This document shows, in pieces, positions 18,794 to 28,424 of a stretch of DNA of 64,000 nt. The notes beneath the pieces were generated by a model, which was given only the letters and a program-made list of their open reading frames with translations, did not search any database and had not been told where the DNA came from. Every line of letters starts with the position of its first letter. Positions within the stretch are counted from its first letter, which is position 1. The position numbers and the translations under genes were made by a program. The stretch is taken from assembly GCA_047285805.1 (NCBI GenBank), contig JBJBCN010000002.1, positions 224,001-288,000 of the forward strand. Reading direction: 5' to 3'. Source of the DNA: Synechococcus sp. (GTDB lineage Bacteria; Cyanobacteriota; Cyanobacteriia; PCC-6307; Cyanobiaceae).

Positions 18794-19863
18794 CAGACAC
18801 CCTCCCGCAGGGTCTCCAGCAGCCGCCGGGGCGTGACAACACCCAGCAGCCGCTTCTGGTGATCAAGAACCGGAGTAGGCCATGGGTTCCGAGCGACGGC
18901 GGGGATGGCGTCGTTGACCAGAGATTTGGACTCAAGCGCGCCTGTGGCTTCGGCCTGGATCCACCCGTCCTGGGGGCTAAGGATCCCCAGGAATTGCCCC
19001 GATGGGTTCAGGGCGAAACACAGCTGCTGATGGCCCCGGTCCGCGGGATCTGCCCCATCGGGCAGGACCAGGGTCTGAGTGCAGGGCTCGCGGATCTGCT
19101 CGAGGTTCAGGACGGAACCCCGGTCGACGCCCTTGAAGAAGGCTCGAACCTCGTGGCTGGCTGGCGCCGTGAGCAGCTCTAGGGGAGTCCCGCATTGGAG
19201 GACCTGCCCCGATTGCATTAGCGCGACGCGATCGCCAATGCGAATGGCCTCATCGAGGTCATGGGAGATGAAGACCACCGTGCGTCGCTGTTCCGCCTGC
19301 AGATCCAGCAGAAGGTCCTGCATGTCCCTGCGGATCAGGGGATCGAGGGCGGAGAAGGCCTCATCCATCAACAGGATGGGGGGATCGAGTGCCAGGGCCC
19401 GGGCCAAGCCCACCCGTTGCTGCATGCCCCCGGAGAGTTGCGCCGGTTTCAGGTGCTGCTGCTGTCCTAGACCTACGCGCTCCAGTGCCCTTTTGGCCGG
19501 AGCCAACCGCTTGGCCCTGGGCAGCCCTGCGACTTCGAGCCCAAAGGCCGCATTGTCGAGAACGCTCCGCTGGGGGAAGAGCGCGAACGATTGGAACACC
19601 ATGGCCATGGCTTGCCGGCGCAGGCGGTTGAGTTCGCGTTTGGAGAGGTCGGACAGGTTCTGACCGCGGACTGCGACGGATCCCGAGCTGGGTTGGATCA
19701 GTCCATTAATCATCCGCAACAGGGTCGATTTGCCTGAGCCAGAGAGGCCCATGACTACAAAAACTTCGCCCGGTTCGATCGCTAGGGATACCTGCTGGAC
19801 GGCGGCAGCGGATTGGCCTGGGAATTGTTTGGAGAGGGCGTCGAGCGTGATCGCTGAAGACAC
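18793..19863 (-). CDS. proV: Glycine betaine ABC transporter ATPase
   Basis: GLSGSGKST, LSGGMQQRVGLARAL, MDEAFSALDPLIR; GTG start inferred. Confidence 0.93.
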   Translation of the reverse strand: MSSAITLDALSKQFPGQSAAAVQQVSLAIEPGEVFVVMGLSGSGKSTLLRMINGLIQPSSGSVAVRGQNLSDLSKRELNRLRRQAMAMVFQSFALFPQRSVLDNAAFGLEVAGLPRAKRLAPAKRALERVGLGQQQHLKPAQLSGGMQQRVGLARALALDPPILLMDEAFSALDPLIRRDMQDLLLDLQAEQRRTVVFISHDLDEAIRIGDRVALMQSGQVLQCGTPLELLTAPASHEVRAFFKGVDRGSVLNLEQIREPCTQTLVLPDGADPADRGHQQLCFALNPSGQFLGILSPQDGWIQAEATGALESKSLVNDAIPAVARNPWPTPVLDHQKRLLGVVTPRRLLETLREGV

Positions 19864-20183
19864 GGTTCTCCGACCCACTTTTTTAAACGCTAGCCATGCA
19901 TGAGTAGGAGCGCAGGTGTGACCCATGAACTTAGGTCTTTAGCAAGTTCAAACATTTGCTCGGATGGCCTTTGCTCACTTTGATGTCGGCGACAGCAGGA
20001 CACGTGTGTTTTGCAACAGGGCCCGCTTTGCGCTGACAGCCATGGTGCTCATCGATAGGTTGCGGCCATGGCGCACTTCATGGCTTTGTGACGTGTGTCC
20101 GGAGGCCTCTTTTGAGGTGATCCCCCCAGCCCTCTTGCTGAGCTCTGAACGGTCTGCGTCTGTCAGTGGCTCCCCCGGTTTGA

Positions 20184-21056
20184 ATGACGACATCTCATCG
20201 CACCAAGACCTCGGCGGCCCATCGGCCCAAGTCCGCGGGGGCGAAGGATGAACAGCGTTTCGGTGCGGTCCCCGAAGCCGTTCGGGAGACCGATCACTAT
20301 CAACAGGAATACATCGAGCAATTTGCAGATCGTTGGGACCGGCTGATTGATTGGGAGGCCAGAGCCCAGGCTGAAGGTGATTTTTATATCCGCATCCTGC
20401 GGGAGCATGGTGCGAAATCGGTACTCGATGTCGCCACGGGGACAGGCTTCCACTCGATTCGACTCCTGCAGGAGGGGTTCGATGTGGTCAGCGCCGACGG
20501 CAGTCCCAACATGTTGGCGCGGGCATTTCGTAATGCTCGCGACCGCAACCAGCTGTTGAGGACGGCCCAGGCCGATTGGCGATTTTTGAACCGTGATATT
20601 CACGGAACATTCGATGCGGTGATTTGCCTGGGTAACTCGTTCACCCATCTCTTTCGCGAGAAGGATCGTCGTAAATCCCTGGCTGAGTACTACGCCGTCT
20701 TGAAGCACAATGGTCTTCTGATTCTTGACCACCGCAACTACGACCGCCTCTTAGAAGGTGGTGCCGCGGTGAAGCAAGGCAAGGGAACGGTGTATTGCGG
20801 AGAAGATGTTTCCGTGAGCCCTGATTGTGTCGATGAGGGCTTGGCACGCTTTCGCTACGCCTTCAGTGATGGAAGCACTTTCCACCTGAATATGTTCCCG
20901 CTCCGCTATGGCTATGTGCGCCGACTGATGCGGGAAGTTGGCTTTCAAAAGATCACCAGCTACGGGGACTATCAGCGCAGCAAGGACGATCCCGATTTCT
21001 ACGCCCATGTCGCCCATAAGGCCTACGAGACCGATGGCGATACGACGGTGATCTAG
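20184..21056 (+). CDS. bsmA: Glycine/sarcosine N-methyltransferase (GSMT)
   Basis: TDHYQQEY, WDRLIDW, VLDVATGTGFHS, CLGNSFTHLF, LDHRNYD. Confidence 0.93.
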   Translation: MTTSHRTKTSAAHRPKSAGAKDEQRFGAVPEAVRETDHYQQEYIEQFADRWDRLIDWEARAQAEGDFYIRILREHGAKSVLDVATGTGFHSIRLLQEGFDVVSADGSPNMLARAFRNARDRNQLLRTAQADWRFLNRDIHGTFDAVICLGNSFTHLFREKDRRKSLAEYYAVLKHNGLLILDHRNYDRLLEGGAAVKQGKGTVYCGEDVSVSPDCVDEGLARFRYAFSDGSTFHLNMFPLRYGYVRRLMREVGFQKITSYGDYQRSKDDPDFYAHVAHKAYETDGDTTVI

Positions 21057-21058
21057 TC

Positions 21059-21910
21059 ATGACTCAGACGCACTTCTCCGCCTCAGAGCGCACCGCTTCG
21101 GACTACTACGACAGCGCCGATGCTGATTGTTTCTATGAAGAGATTTGGGGCGGTGAAGACATTCACATCGGCCTTTACGCTTCCGAGACCGAAGCCATCG
21201 CATCGGCCAGCCAGCGTACGGTCAACGCCTTAATCGCCTTGATTGGCACCCTCCCGCGCGGGGCCACGGTCGTTGATTTGGGTTCGGGATATGGCGGTGC
21301 TGCCCGGCGCCTCGCCAAGGAGTTCGGGGCCCATGTCGAGGCGATCAATATCTCGGCCGTTGAAAACGCCCGGCACCGTCGGCTCAACCAGAGTGCCGGA
21401 TTGCAGGACCAAATCCAGGTGCACGATGCCTCCTTTGAGGACGTTCCCCTGCCCTCAGGCTGTGCGGATGTGGTCTGGAGTCAGGACGCGATCCTGCACT
21501 CCGGCAACCGTCAGCAGGTCCTCCAGGAGGCGGCGCGGTTGTTGAAGCCAGGCGGTGTGATGGTCCTCACGGATCCGATGGCCGCCGATGGGGTGGATAC
21601 AGGTTCCCTGAGCGCGATCCTCGACCGCATTCACCTGCCCGACATGGGATCACCGGATCGCTATCTAGCCTGGGCCAGTCAGGCCGGCTTGGTCCGTGAG
21701 GTCTGGCAGGACCAGACGGCGATGTTGATTCGCCATTACGGCCGCGTCCGCGAGGAGCTTCTGCGCCGAGAGCAGGAGTTGAAGACCAAGATCAGCCAGG
21801 AGTACCTCCAGCGGATGGCCGCTGGCTTGGGTCATTGGATTGATGGTGGACGCCAGGGACGTCTGAGTTGGGGGCTGATGCGCTTCCGCAAGCCTCTGCA
21901 GGAGGCCTAA
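21059..21910 (+). CDS. bsmB: Sarcosine/dimethylglycine N-methyltransferase (SDMT)
   Basis: YYDSADAD.FY..IWGGEDIHIGLY, DLGSGYGG, WSQDAILH. Confidence 0.93.
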   Translation: MTQTHFSASERTASDYYDSADADCFYEEIWGGEDIHIGLYASETEAIASASQRTVNALIALIGTLPRGATVVDLGSGYGGAARRLAKEFGAHVEAINISAVENARHRRLNQSAGLQDQIQVHDASFEDVPLPSGCADVVWSQDAILHSGNRQQVLQEAARLLKPGGVMVLTDPMAADGVDTGSLSAILDRIHLPDMGSPDRYLAWASQAGLVREVWQDQTAMLIRHYGRVREELLRREQELKTKISQEYLQRMAAGLGHWIDGGRQGRLSWGLMRFRKPLQEA

Positions 21911-22035
21911 TGGAATCCTTCGCCGGTGCGGTTGTGATTTTTGTGGTGGGCGGTGTCGTCACCTTGGCGACCACCGTGATGGTGATTCAGGGCCATCTCC
22001 ATTGGCGCGGCCGTGACCCGTGGGGGGAGGGCTAA
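21910..22035 (+). CDS. 41-aa single-TM micropeptide
   Basis: MESFAGAVVIFVVGGVVTLATTVMVIQGHLHWRGRDPWGEG*; TAATG overlap with sdmt; ends 3 nt before the SSS gene. Confidence 0.7.
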   Translation: MESFAGAVVIFVVGGVVTLATTVMVIQGHLHWRGRDPWGEG

Positions 22036-22038
22036 GCC

Positions 22039-23478
22039 ATGGCGTTCGCTCCCATGCTTGCTGTGCAGCCGTTCTTGGCCCCAGGCCTTGCCTGGGCCCT
22101 GGTGGTCATCTTCTCGGTGCTCTGGATCGCACTCGGGGTGTCCTGGGGGCAGCGCGGCTCTGGTGATGCCGATGACTACATGTTGGCCGGCCGCAACATC
22201 GGTTTGGCCCTTAGCACCGCAACCTTGATGGCGTCCTGGGTGACCGGCAACACCACTTTGTTGGCGCCGGAGTTTGGTTATCGGAACGGCCTCTGGGGAA
22301 TGTTCAGTTACGCCCTGGCCGGTCTGGGCTTGGTCCTGTTTGCGCCATTGGCCCTACGGATCAAACACCTGATGCCCAAGGGGCGCACCAGCGGTGACTT
22401 CATTCGCCTCCGCTACGGCCGCGCGACCTGGTGGGTCTTCATGGTGATCACCGCCATCTACACCCTCGGTTTCCTGATGACCCAGGCGATGGGAGCGGGG
22501 ATCCTGCTGGAGGCCCTTTCGGGTTTTGACTACCGCCTAGGGATGGTCGTAGTGATTGGCGTCTCGACGATCTATACCCTCTATGGCGGGATGCGCGCCG
22601 TTGTGGGAACGGACTTCATTCAGTCCCTCTTGATAATGGGGCTGCTGGTTTTGGTTGCCGTGTTGGCGCTGCAGCAGTTCCCGGTTCCTGAGCTCCATCG
22701 CGCTTTGGTCGAGGAACATCCGGAGCGGCTGAATTTGCTTTTGCCGGCGGGTTTGTTGATTGCTTGGAACTCCGCCCTCTTCTCTATGGGCGAGGTCTTC
22801 CACAACAACATATGGTGGTCAAGGGTATTCTCCAGTCGTGCCTCCGTCGTCTTTAGCTCGTTCGTGCTCGGCGGCTTGGCATGGATGACGGTGCCTTTGG
22901 TGACTGGCTCCATCGGCCTGGTGGCGTTGGCTCAGTCGGTGGATTTGCCCCAGGTGAACATGCTGTTCCCGGTTGTGGCCTCCCAGTTGCTTGGGGCGGG
23001 GGGTGCGGCCTTGGTCTTTGTGGTCGTCTTTGCCTCGTTGACCTCAACATTGGATTCGCTATTGGCTTCGACGGCGGATTTGGTAGCCGAAGACGTGGTC
23101 TTCAAGCTGCTGAATCCCAATTTGAGTGATGCCCAATTGCGGCAGGCCACGCGCCTTGTGGTTCTGGGGTTGGGGCTTTTGACCTTGCTGCTGTCGTGGC
23201 CGCGCCTGGATTCCTTGGCGTCCGTTCTCTTCTTCACCGGTGCCCTTGTGGCTTCCACGATCTGGCCGGTGGCCTACGGCCTCTATTGGCGCAGTGCGAA
23301 CCGGTGGGCCGCCATTGCCGCGATGGTCTCCGGCAGTGCCGTGGGCCTGGCTGCGTATGTCCTGATCGCGCCCTACTGCGCGGCGTTGCTCTCCGCAGCG
23401 GTCTCGGCGGCGGTGATGGCTGTGGGCACTCAGTTTCAGCCCGAGCGCTTCAACTGGCTCACCTTGAAGGAGGGATAA
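22039..23478 (+). CDS. Sodium:solute symporter (SSS) family transporter
   Basis: YMLAGRN, YTLYGGMRAVVGTDFIQ, ASLTSTLDSLL; many TM helices. Confidence 0.92.
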   Translation: MAFAPMLAVQPFLAPGLAWALVVIFSVLWIALGVSWGQRGSGDADDYMLAGRNIGLALSTATLMASWVTGNTTLLAPEFGYRNGLWGMFSYALAGLGLVLFAPLALRIKHLMPKGRTSGDFIRLRYGRATWWVFMVITAIYTLGFLMTQAMGAGILLEALSGFDYRLGMVVVIGVSTIYTLYGGMRAVVGTDFIQSLLIMGLLVLVAVLALQQFPVPELHRALVEEHPERLNLLLPAGLLIAWNSALFSMGEVFHNNIWWSRVFSSRASVVFSSFVLGGLAWMTVPLVTGSIGLVALAQSVDLPQVNMLFPVVASQLLGAGGAALVFVVVFASLTSTLDSLLASTADLVAEDVVFKLLNPNLSDAQLRQATRLVVLGLGLLTLLLSWPRLDSLASVLFFTGALVASTIWPVAYGLYWRSANRWAAIAAMVSGSAVGLAAYVLIAPYCAALLSAAVSAAVMAVGTQFQPERFNWLTLKEG

Positions 23479-23481
23479 GTC

Positions 23482-23706
23482 ATGGCACGGTTTCGGATGA
23501 CAACCCGCTGGGCCCTCACCCTTGCCCTGTTGGCTGTGCTGATGCCTGTGGCCAGGGCGGGAGAAGCGAGCGCGCCACCGCGCTGGTTGGCAGATCTTCC
23601 ATTGCTGCAGGTTTTGATCTACGGAAGCGTTGCGGGCTTGGCTCTTTCGGTGCTGATCCTGTTGATCCTTTGGTGGAAAGAGTGGAGGCGCGGTGATGTT
23701 TGGTGA
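23482..23706 (+). CDS. Small membrane protein downstream of SSS
   Basis: 74 aa, signal-like N-terminus plus TM, ends WWKEWRRGDVW; GGAG upstream. Confidence 0.7.
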   Translation: MARFRMTTRWALTLALLAVLMPVARAGEASAPPRWLADLPLLQVLIYGSVAGLALSVLILLILWWKEWRRGDVW

Positions 23707-23876
23707 TCTCTAAGACTTTATAAATTCGTTGCTTGCACTTTCTTGAACCTCTGGCTAGTAATCGAGAAGGCAGGAGCAACTGAACCAAGCTTCACCGCTG
23801 TCCTCGCAGAGGCACTTCTTTTGACTGCGCTTATCAGGAGTCCTTCTCCCTGATGTCTCAGGTCTGATTTCCCGAA

Positions 23877-24992
23877 ATGGTCATCTCTTCTCCCTCTTCT
23901 CATCTTGTCTCAGAACGCTCTATGCGTTTCAAGCCGATGGGGCCAGATGTCTACGGGGCGACTTCTCCTAAGGACCTTCTTTTAGCGATTGAAGAAGATG
24001 GTGATGCACTTCATGACTTGGCCGACCAGCACGTAATATCTGTCCAACCATTCAAGGCGAATACACTGCTTCAATTGTTCCGTCTAGCCGCGAAATACGA
24101 GAGCAATCCTGAGCGCTATACCTCACATAATACACCCCTAAAAGGCAAGATTCTTATAAATGCTTTTTATGAGCCTAGTACGCGTACAAGGCTGTCGTTT
24201 GATAGCGCTTGGCATCGCCTGGGTGGCGACTCTATTAATATAACAGACCGAAGTACAACTGGCTTGGCCAAGGGTGAGTCTTATGAAGATGTTGCGCATA
24301 TGTTTAATAATTATGGCGACTGTATTGTTCTTAGGGACGGAGACTCGAGCGCTGTCTATTCGATGGCGGATACTCTTCGCATTCCGATTATTAACGCAGG
24401 TAATGGGATTGATGAACACCCCACTCAGGCAATGGCCGACCTCTATACGATTCTAAAGTGGAGGCCTTCTTTGGTTGCTTCTGAGGTCTCTCCTGGAGAG
24501 CGGGTGAGAATCGGAGTCGTTGGAATCCCAAGTCGTATGCGAACTGTCCGCTCGCTTCTGCGGATTCTTGTTAAATTTCCTCAAATTGTTGAGGAGCTTG
24601 TGCTTATACATGACCCTGCCAAAAACGCTGCCGAGGAATTGTTCGACCCCGGGCAATTGGAGGAGTTACAGCAGGTTGGAGTCAATGTGCGTTGCACCGG
24701 AGATCTTCAGGGTGAAATCCCTGGGCTTGATGTCATCTATATCAATGCAATCGCTTGGGTGGGTGATAGTTATGAGGTGCATGGTCATTCCTTCCGTCTG
24801 ACCAGAGATCTGCCGTACAAGCCAAATGCAATTGTTCTGCACCCTCTGGCTCGAGGCCCGGAGCTGAGCACCTGCCTCGATAACACCCCCCACAACTGGT
24901 ATTTCAGTCAGGCCCGGGGTGCGGTCTTCCTGCGGATGGCTCTGCTCACCTGCATGGTGGATCGCACCAACCGGGTCATGGATGTGATCTGA
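23877..24992 (+). CDS. Aspartate/ornithine carbamoyltransferase-family protein (PyrB-like, divergent acceptor site)
   Basis: FYEPSTRTRLSF, KGES, INAGNG..EHPTQ, HPLAR; lacks the PyrB TRVQKER motif. Confidence 0.9.
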   Translation: MVISSPSSHLVSERSMRFKPMGPDVYGATSPKDLLLAIEEDGDALHDLADQHVISVQPFKANTLLQLFRLAAKYESNPERYTSHNTPLKGKILINAFYEPSTRTRLSFDSAWHRLGGDSINITDRSTTGLAKGESYEDVAHMFNNYGDCIVLRDGDSSAVYSMADTLRIPIINAGNGIDEHPTQAMADLYTILKWRPSLVASEVSPGERVRIGVVGIPSRMRTVRSLLRILVKFPQIVEELVLIHDPAKNAAEELFDPGQLEELQQVGVNVRCTGDLQGEIPGLDVIYINAIAWVGDSYEVHGHSFRLTRDLPYKPNAIVLHPLARGPELSTCLDNTPHNWYFSQARGAVFLRMALLTCMVDRTNRVMDVI

Positions 24993-25004
24993 GGAGGAAC
25001 GCGT

Positions 25005-27053
25005 ATGTGTGGAATCGGCGGTGTCTTCAGCACCACGGCGGATCAAGCCGTTGATCCCCAGCTTCTGGTCAACATGGCCGCGATCCAGGAGCATCGCGGT
25101 CCCGATGGTTTTGGCTATCGCACAGTCGATGGATGCGGAGTGGGCTTCTGCCATGCCCGCCTGTCGATCATTGACCTCAATGAGACCAGGGCACGCCAAC
25201 CGTTCTTAAGCGGAGAGCCGGGGTCGGGTGCGCGGGTCCTGATGGCCCACAACGGCGAGTTCTATGACTTCCAGCGGATTCGCGCCGACCTGACGGCCCG
25301 CGGTGTTCGCTTCAGCAGCAAGAGCGATTCCGAAATCCTGCTGCGCCTCTACCAACAGCAGGGCTTGCAGGCGACCCTGCCGCAACTGCGCGGTGAATTC
25401 GCCTTCGCGCTTTATGACGAGGCCGGAGATACGTTGCATCTCGTCCGGGATCGTTTCGGTATCAAGCCCCAGTACTGGACGATCACTCCCCAGGGCTTGG
25501 TCTTCGGTTCAGAGCTGAAGGTGTTGTTTGCCCATCCGGCGGTGGAGCGCCGCTTCACCTCGGAAGGGCTCTTCCATCAGTTGATGCAAACCATGGTCCC
25601 CGGAACCACCGCCTTTGAGGGGATCCGTCAGGTGCCGCCCGGTCACGGCATCAGCGTGCGCCGCCGCAACGGCAGCCTGCAGGTCGAGACCTGGAAGTAC
25701 TGGGATATGGACTTCCCCCGCCAGGGCGAGCGGGACAGCAGCAAGACCGAGTCCGACCACATCGATGCGATTCGTGCGGCGCTGCTCGAAGCGGTGGAGC
25801 TGCGGATGGTCGCCGATGTGCCCGTGGGTTGTTACCTCTCGGGAGGCATCGACAGTTGCTCCATCCTCGGCCTGGCCGCCGCCGTCAGCCAGAGCCCGGT
25901 CAAGGCGTTCACCATTGGTTTCGATGACGCCCGCTACGACGAGTCGCCGATCGCCAAGGAGATGGCCGACGCCACGGCGGCCGAGCAGGACGTGATGCGT
26001 CTCTCGGGTAGGGAGCTCTACGGCTGGATGGAGCGCACCCTCTGGCACACCGAGCGGACGATCTACAACACCTTGGCGGTGGCGAAATTCCTGATGAGCC
26101 GCCATGTCAACCAGGTCAACTACAAGGTGGTGATGACTGGGGAGGGCTCCGATGAGCTCTTCGGTGGCTATCCGGCCTTCCGACGCGACATGTTCCTGCA
26201 CGGTCTCCAGGACCTGCCTGAGCAGGACCGTCAGGCCTGGGAGGACTTGTTGCAGCAGTCCAATGCCCTGGTGCAGGGGGCAATGTTGGCGGCGGATCAA
26301 GTGGATGATCCGGACCTCGATGCGGTCGTTGGTTTCACCCCCAGTTGTCTCCAGCCCTGGTTGGCCTGCGCGCCGCTGGTGCCGGCCCTGCTCGCGGATG
26401 CCCATCGCGAGGCCCTCTCGGGCTATTCCCCGGGCAAGGCCATTGCCAAGACCTTGGATGCGGAACAACTCGAGGGACGCCACGCCCTCGATAAGGCCCA
26501 GTACGTCTGGATCAAGACGATGTTGGAGGGCCAAATCCTGACCTGGGGCGGTGACCGGGTCGATATGGCGAATTCCATGGAGGCGCGTCCGGCCTTCTTG
26601 GATCACCATCTGGCCGCGGCGGCGGTTCAGGTGCCGCCGGAGTTGCGGATTAAGGGGAAGACGGAGAAGTACGTCCTGCGGGAGGCCATGGCCGGTCTGC
26701 TGCCGGAGGTGCTCTACAAGCGCGAGAAATTTGCCTTCATGGCCCCGCCGGCCCATACCGAGCTCGAGAAGTGGGAGCAGATGAAGCAGCTGGCGAACGA
26801 CTATCTCAGTGATGAGGCGATCGAAGCCGCGGGACTGCTCAGCGTGGATGGCGTTCGGGCCCTCTTCGCCCGCCATGGCGACCCGGCGACCACCGATGCC
26901 GATCGGGTGCAGATGGACGCCATGATCAACCATCTTCTCGGCGCGCAGATGCTGCACAGGATGTTCATTGCCGCGGACGTGCCGGCACAGGCCCGGGCCA
27001 AGGCCGATGCCCTGGGTTGGCATCCCGCTCGGGAGGCTGCTGCCGTTTGCTGA
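25005..27053 (+). CDS. asnB: AsnB-family glutamine-dependent amidotransferase
   Basis: MCGI, HRGPDG, HNGEFY, LSGGIDS, GEGSDELFGGY; GAGGAGG RBS. Confidence 0.93.
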   Translation: MCGIGGVFSTTADQAVDPQLLVNMAAIQEHRGPDGFGYRTVDGCGVGFCHARLSIIDLNETRARQPFLSGEPGSGARVLMAHNGEFYDFQRIRADLTARGVRFSSKSDSEILLRLYQQQGLQATLPQLRGEFAFALYDEAGDTLHLVRDRFGIKPQYWTITPQGLVFGSELKVLFAHPAVERRFTSEGLFHQLMQTMVPGTTAFEGIRQVPPGHGISVRRRNGSLQVETWKYWDMDFPRQGERDSSKTESDHIDAIRAALLEAVELRMVADVPVGCYLSGGIDSCSILGLAAAVSQSPVKAFTIGFDDARYDESPIAKEMADATAAEQDVMRLSGRELYGWMERTLWHTERTIYNTLAVAKFLMSRHVNQVNYKVVMTGEGSDELFGGYPAFRRDMFLHGLQDLPEQDRQAWEDLLQQSNALVQGAMLAADQVDDPDLDAVVGFTPSCLQPWLACAPLVPALLADAHREALSGYSPGKAIAKTLDAEQLEGRHALDKAQYVWIKTMLEGQILTWGGDRVDMANSMEARPAFLDHHLAAAAVQVPPELRIKGKTEKYVLREAMAGLLPEVLYKREKFAFMAPPAHTELEKWEQMKQLANDYLSDEAIEAAGLLSVDGVRALFARHGDPATTDADRVQMDAMINHLLGAQMLHRMFIAADVPAQARAKADALGWHPAREAAAVC

Positions 27054-27143
27054 TGTTCAGCCCGTAATGGTCACAACCGTTACGGGAGCTCTGGGAGCTC
27101 TCCTCGATCGTGGGGGTGCTCTGTTAGATGTGAAGGTCTGAGG

Positions 27144-28424
27144 TTGGTTCTCTCTGCCCCGGGCGTTGGTACCCACACCACGACTGCACAGCGTCGGCCT
27201 ACTCCTAATGCGATGCGCCTGCTGGCGTCCCTGGAGGCCATGGCCGAGGTGGGACTGCAGCCCGATGGTTCGATCTGTCGCCGGGGCTTCACGGCTGAAG
27301 ACCGTCAGGGCCGCGAACGACTGAGTGAATGGATGATTGATGCCGGCCTGAGCCTGCGCATCGATGCCGCTGGCAATTTAATTGGCAGGCTTGAGGGTTC
27401 GGCCCCCAGCCTTCCAGCCCTCGTCACCGGCTCGCATCTCGACACGGTCCCAACGGGGGGGCGCTACGACGGCACCCTCGGTGTCTTGGCGGGCCTGGAA
27501 TTGGTTCGCGCGCTTCAGGACGCCTCGCTCCAGCTCCGCCACCCCTTTGAGTTGATCGTCTTTGCCGACGAGGAGTCCACGATGGTGGGCTGCAAGGGCA
27601 TGGCCGGCACCGCCAGCGCTGACCCCAGCGACTACACCACCAGCAACGGTGTGCCGATTGAGCGAAACCTGGCGCGTCTCGGGGGGGATTGGGACCGGCT
27701 TGCCAGCGCCGCCCGCAGTGATGACGCAATTGCAGCCTTCATCGAACTGCATGTGGAGCAGGGGGCCGTACTCGAGTGGCGTGGAGACAGCATTGGTGTT
27801 GTTCAGGGCGTCGTTGGCCAACGCCGTTTCACGATCCGCGTGCGCGGTCAGGCGAATCACGCCGGCACCACGCCGATGGATCAGCGTCAGGACGCTCTGG
27901 TGGCGGCAGCGCAGGTGGTCTTAGCCGTCCAGGCCCTCGCCCTGGATCATCCCGGTGATCCCGTGGCCACGGTCGGTAAGTTTGAGGTCTGGCCGAATGC
28001 CGCCAACGTCGTGCCTGGCGAGGTGCAGTGCAGCGTCGACCTGCGCGATCTCGACCCCGAGGTGTTGTCCGCATTAACCACAGAGCTGCAGCGGCGGCTG
28101 GCTGCCATCGCGGAGTCGAGCGGATGCCGCGTGACGATGGAGCCCCAGTTTTCGGTCGACCCCACCCCTGCCGCTCCGTCGCTGATGGACGCGATCGAGG
28201 CCGCTGCGATGGAGCTGGGCTTCTCGTACAGTACGTTGCCGAGCCGCGCTAGCCACGACGCCCAAGAAATGGGTCGTCGCTGGCCGATGGGGATGGTCTT
28301 TGTCCCCAGCCACCGTGGCTTGAGCCATTCCTCAGCCGAGTTCACAAGCTTGGAGCAGTGTGTGGCTGGGACGGCGGTGCTGCTATCGGCGTTCCTGCGG
28401 CTGGACGCGCAACTTCAGGGATGA
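27144..28424 (+). CDS. M20 N-carbamoyl-L-amino acid amidohydrolase (HyuC/AmaB/PydC-like); start uncertain
   Basis: GSHLDTVPTGGRYDG, DEES, ELHVEQG, ANHAGTTPM, SRASHDAQ, GLSH. Confidence 0.92.
   Translation: MVLSAPGVGTHTTTAQRRPTPNAMRLLASLEAMAEVGLQPDGSICRRGFTAEDRQGRERLSEWMIDAGLSLRIDAAGNLIGRLEGSAPSLPALVTGSHLDTVPTGGRYDGTLGVLAGLELVRALQDASLQLRHPFELIVFADEESTMVGCKGMAGTASADPSDYTTSNGVPIERNLARLGGDWDRLASAARSDDAIAAFIELHVEQGAVLEWRGDSIGVVQGVVGQRRFTIRVRGQANHAGTTPMDQRQDALVAAAQVVLAVQALALDHPGDPVATVGKFEVWPNAANVVPGEVQCSVDLRDLDPEVLSALTTELQRRLAAIAESSGCRVTMEPQFSVDPTPAAPSLMDAIEAAAMELGFSYSTLPSRASHDAQEMGRRWPMGMVFVPSHRGLSHSSAEFTSLEQCVAGTAVLLSAFLRLDAQLQG

Noticed and set aside
25509..27023. 504-aa antisense ORF and other long shadow ORFs
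   Set aside because: Antisense to well-supported genes; expected in high-GC coding DNA.
23877..28424. Ordinary pyrB / asparagine synthetase / pyrimidine degradation annotation
   Set aside because: Aspartate-binding residues are missing and there are no pyrC, dihydropyrimidinase or dehydrogenase genes; not fully excluded without assays.
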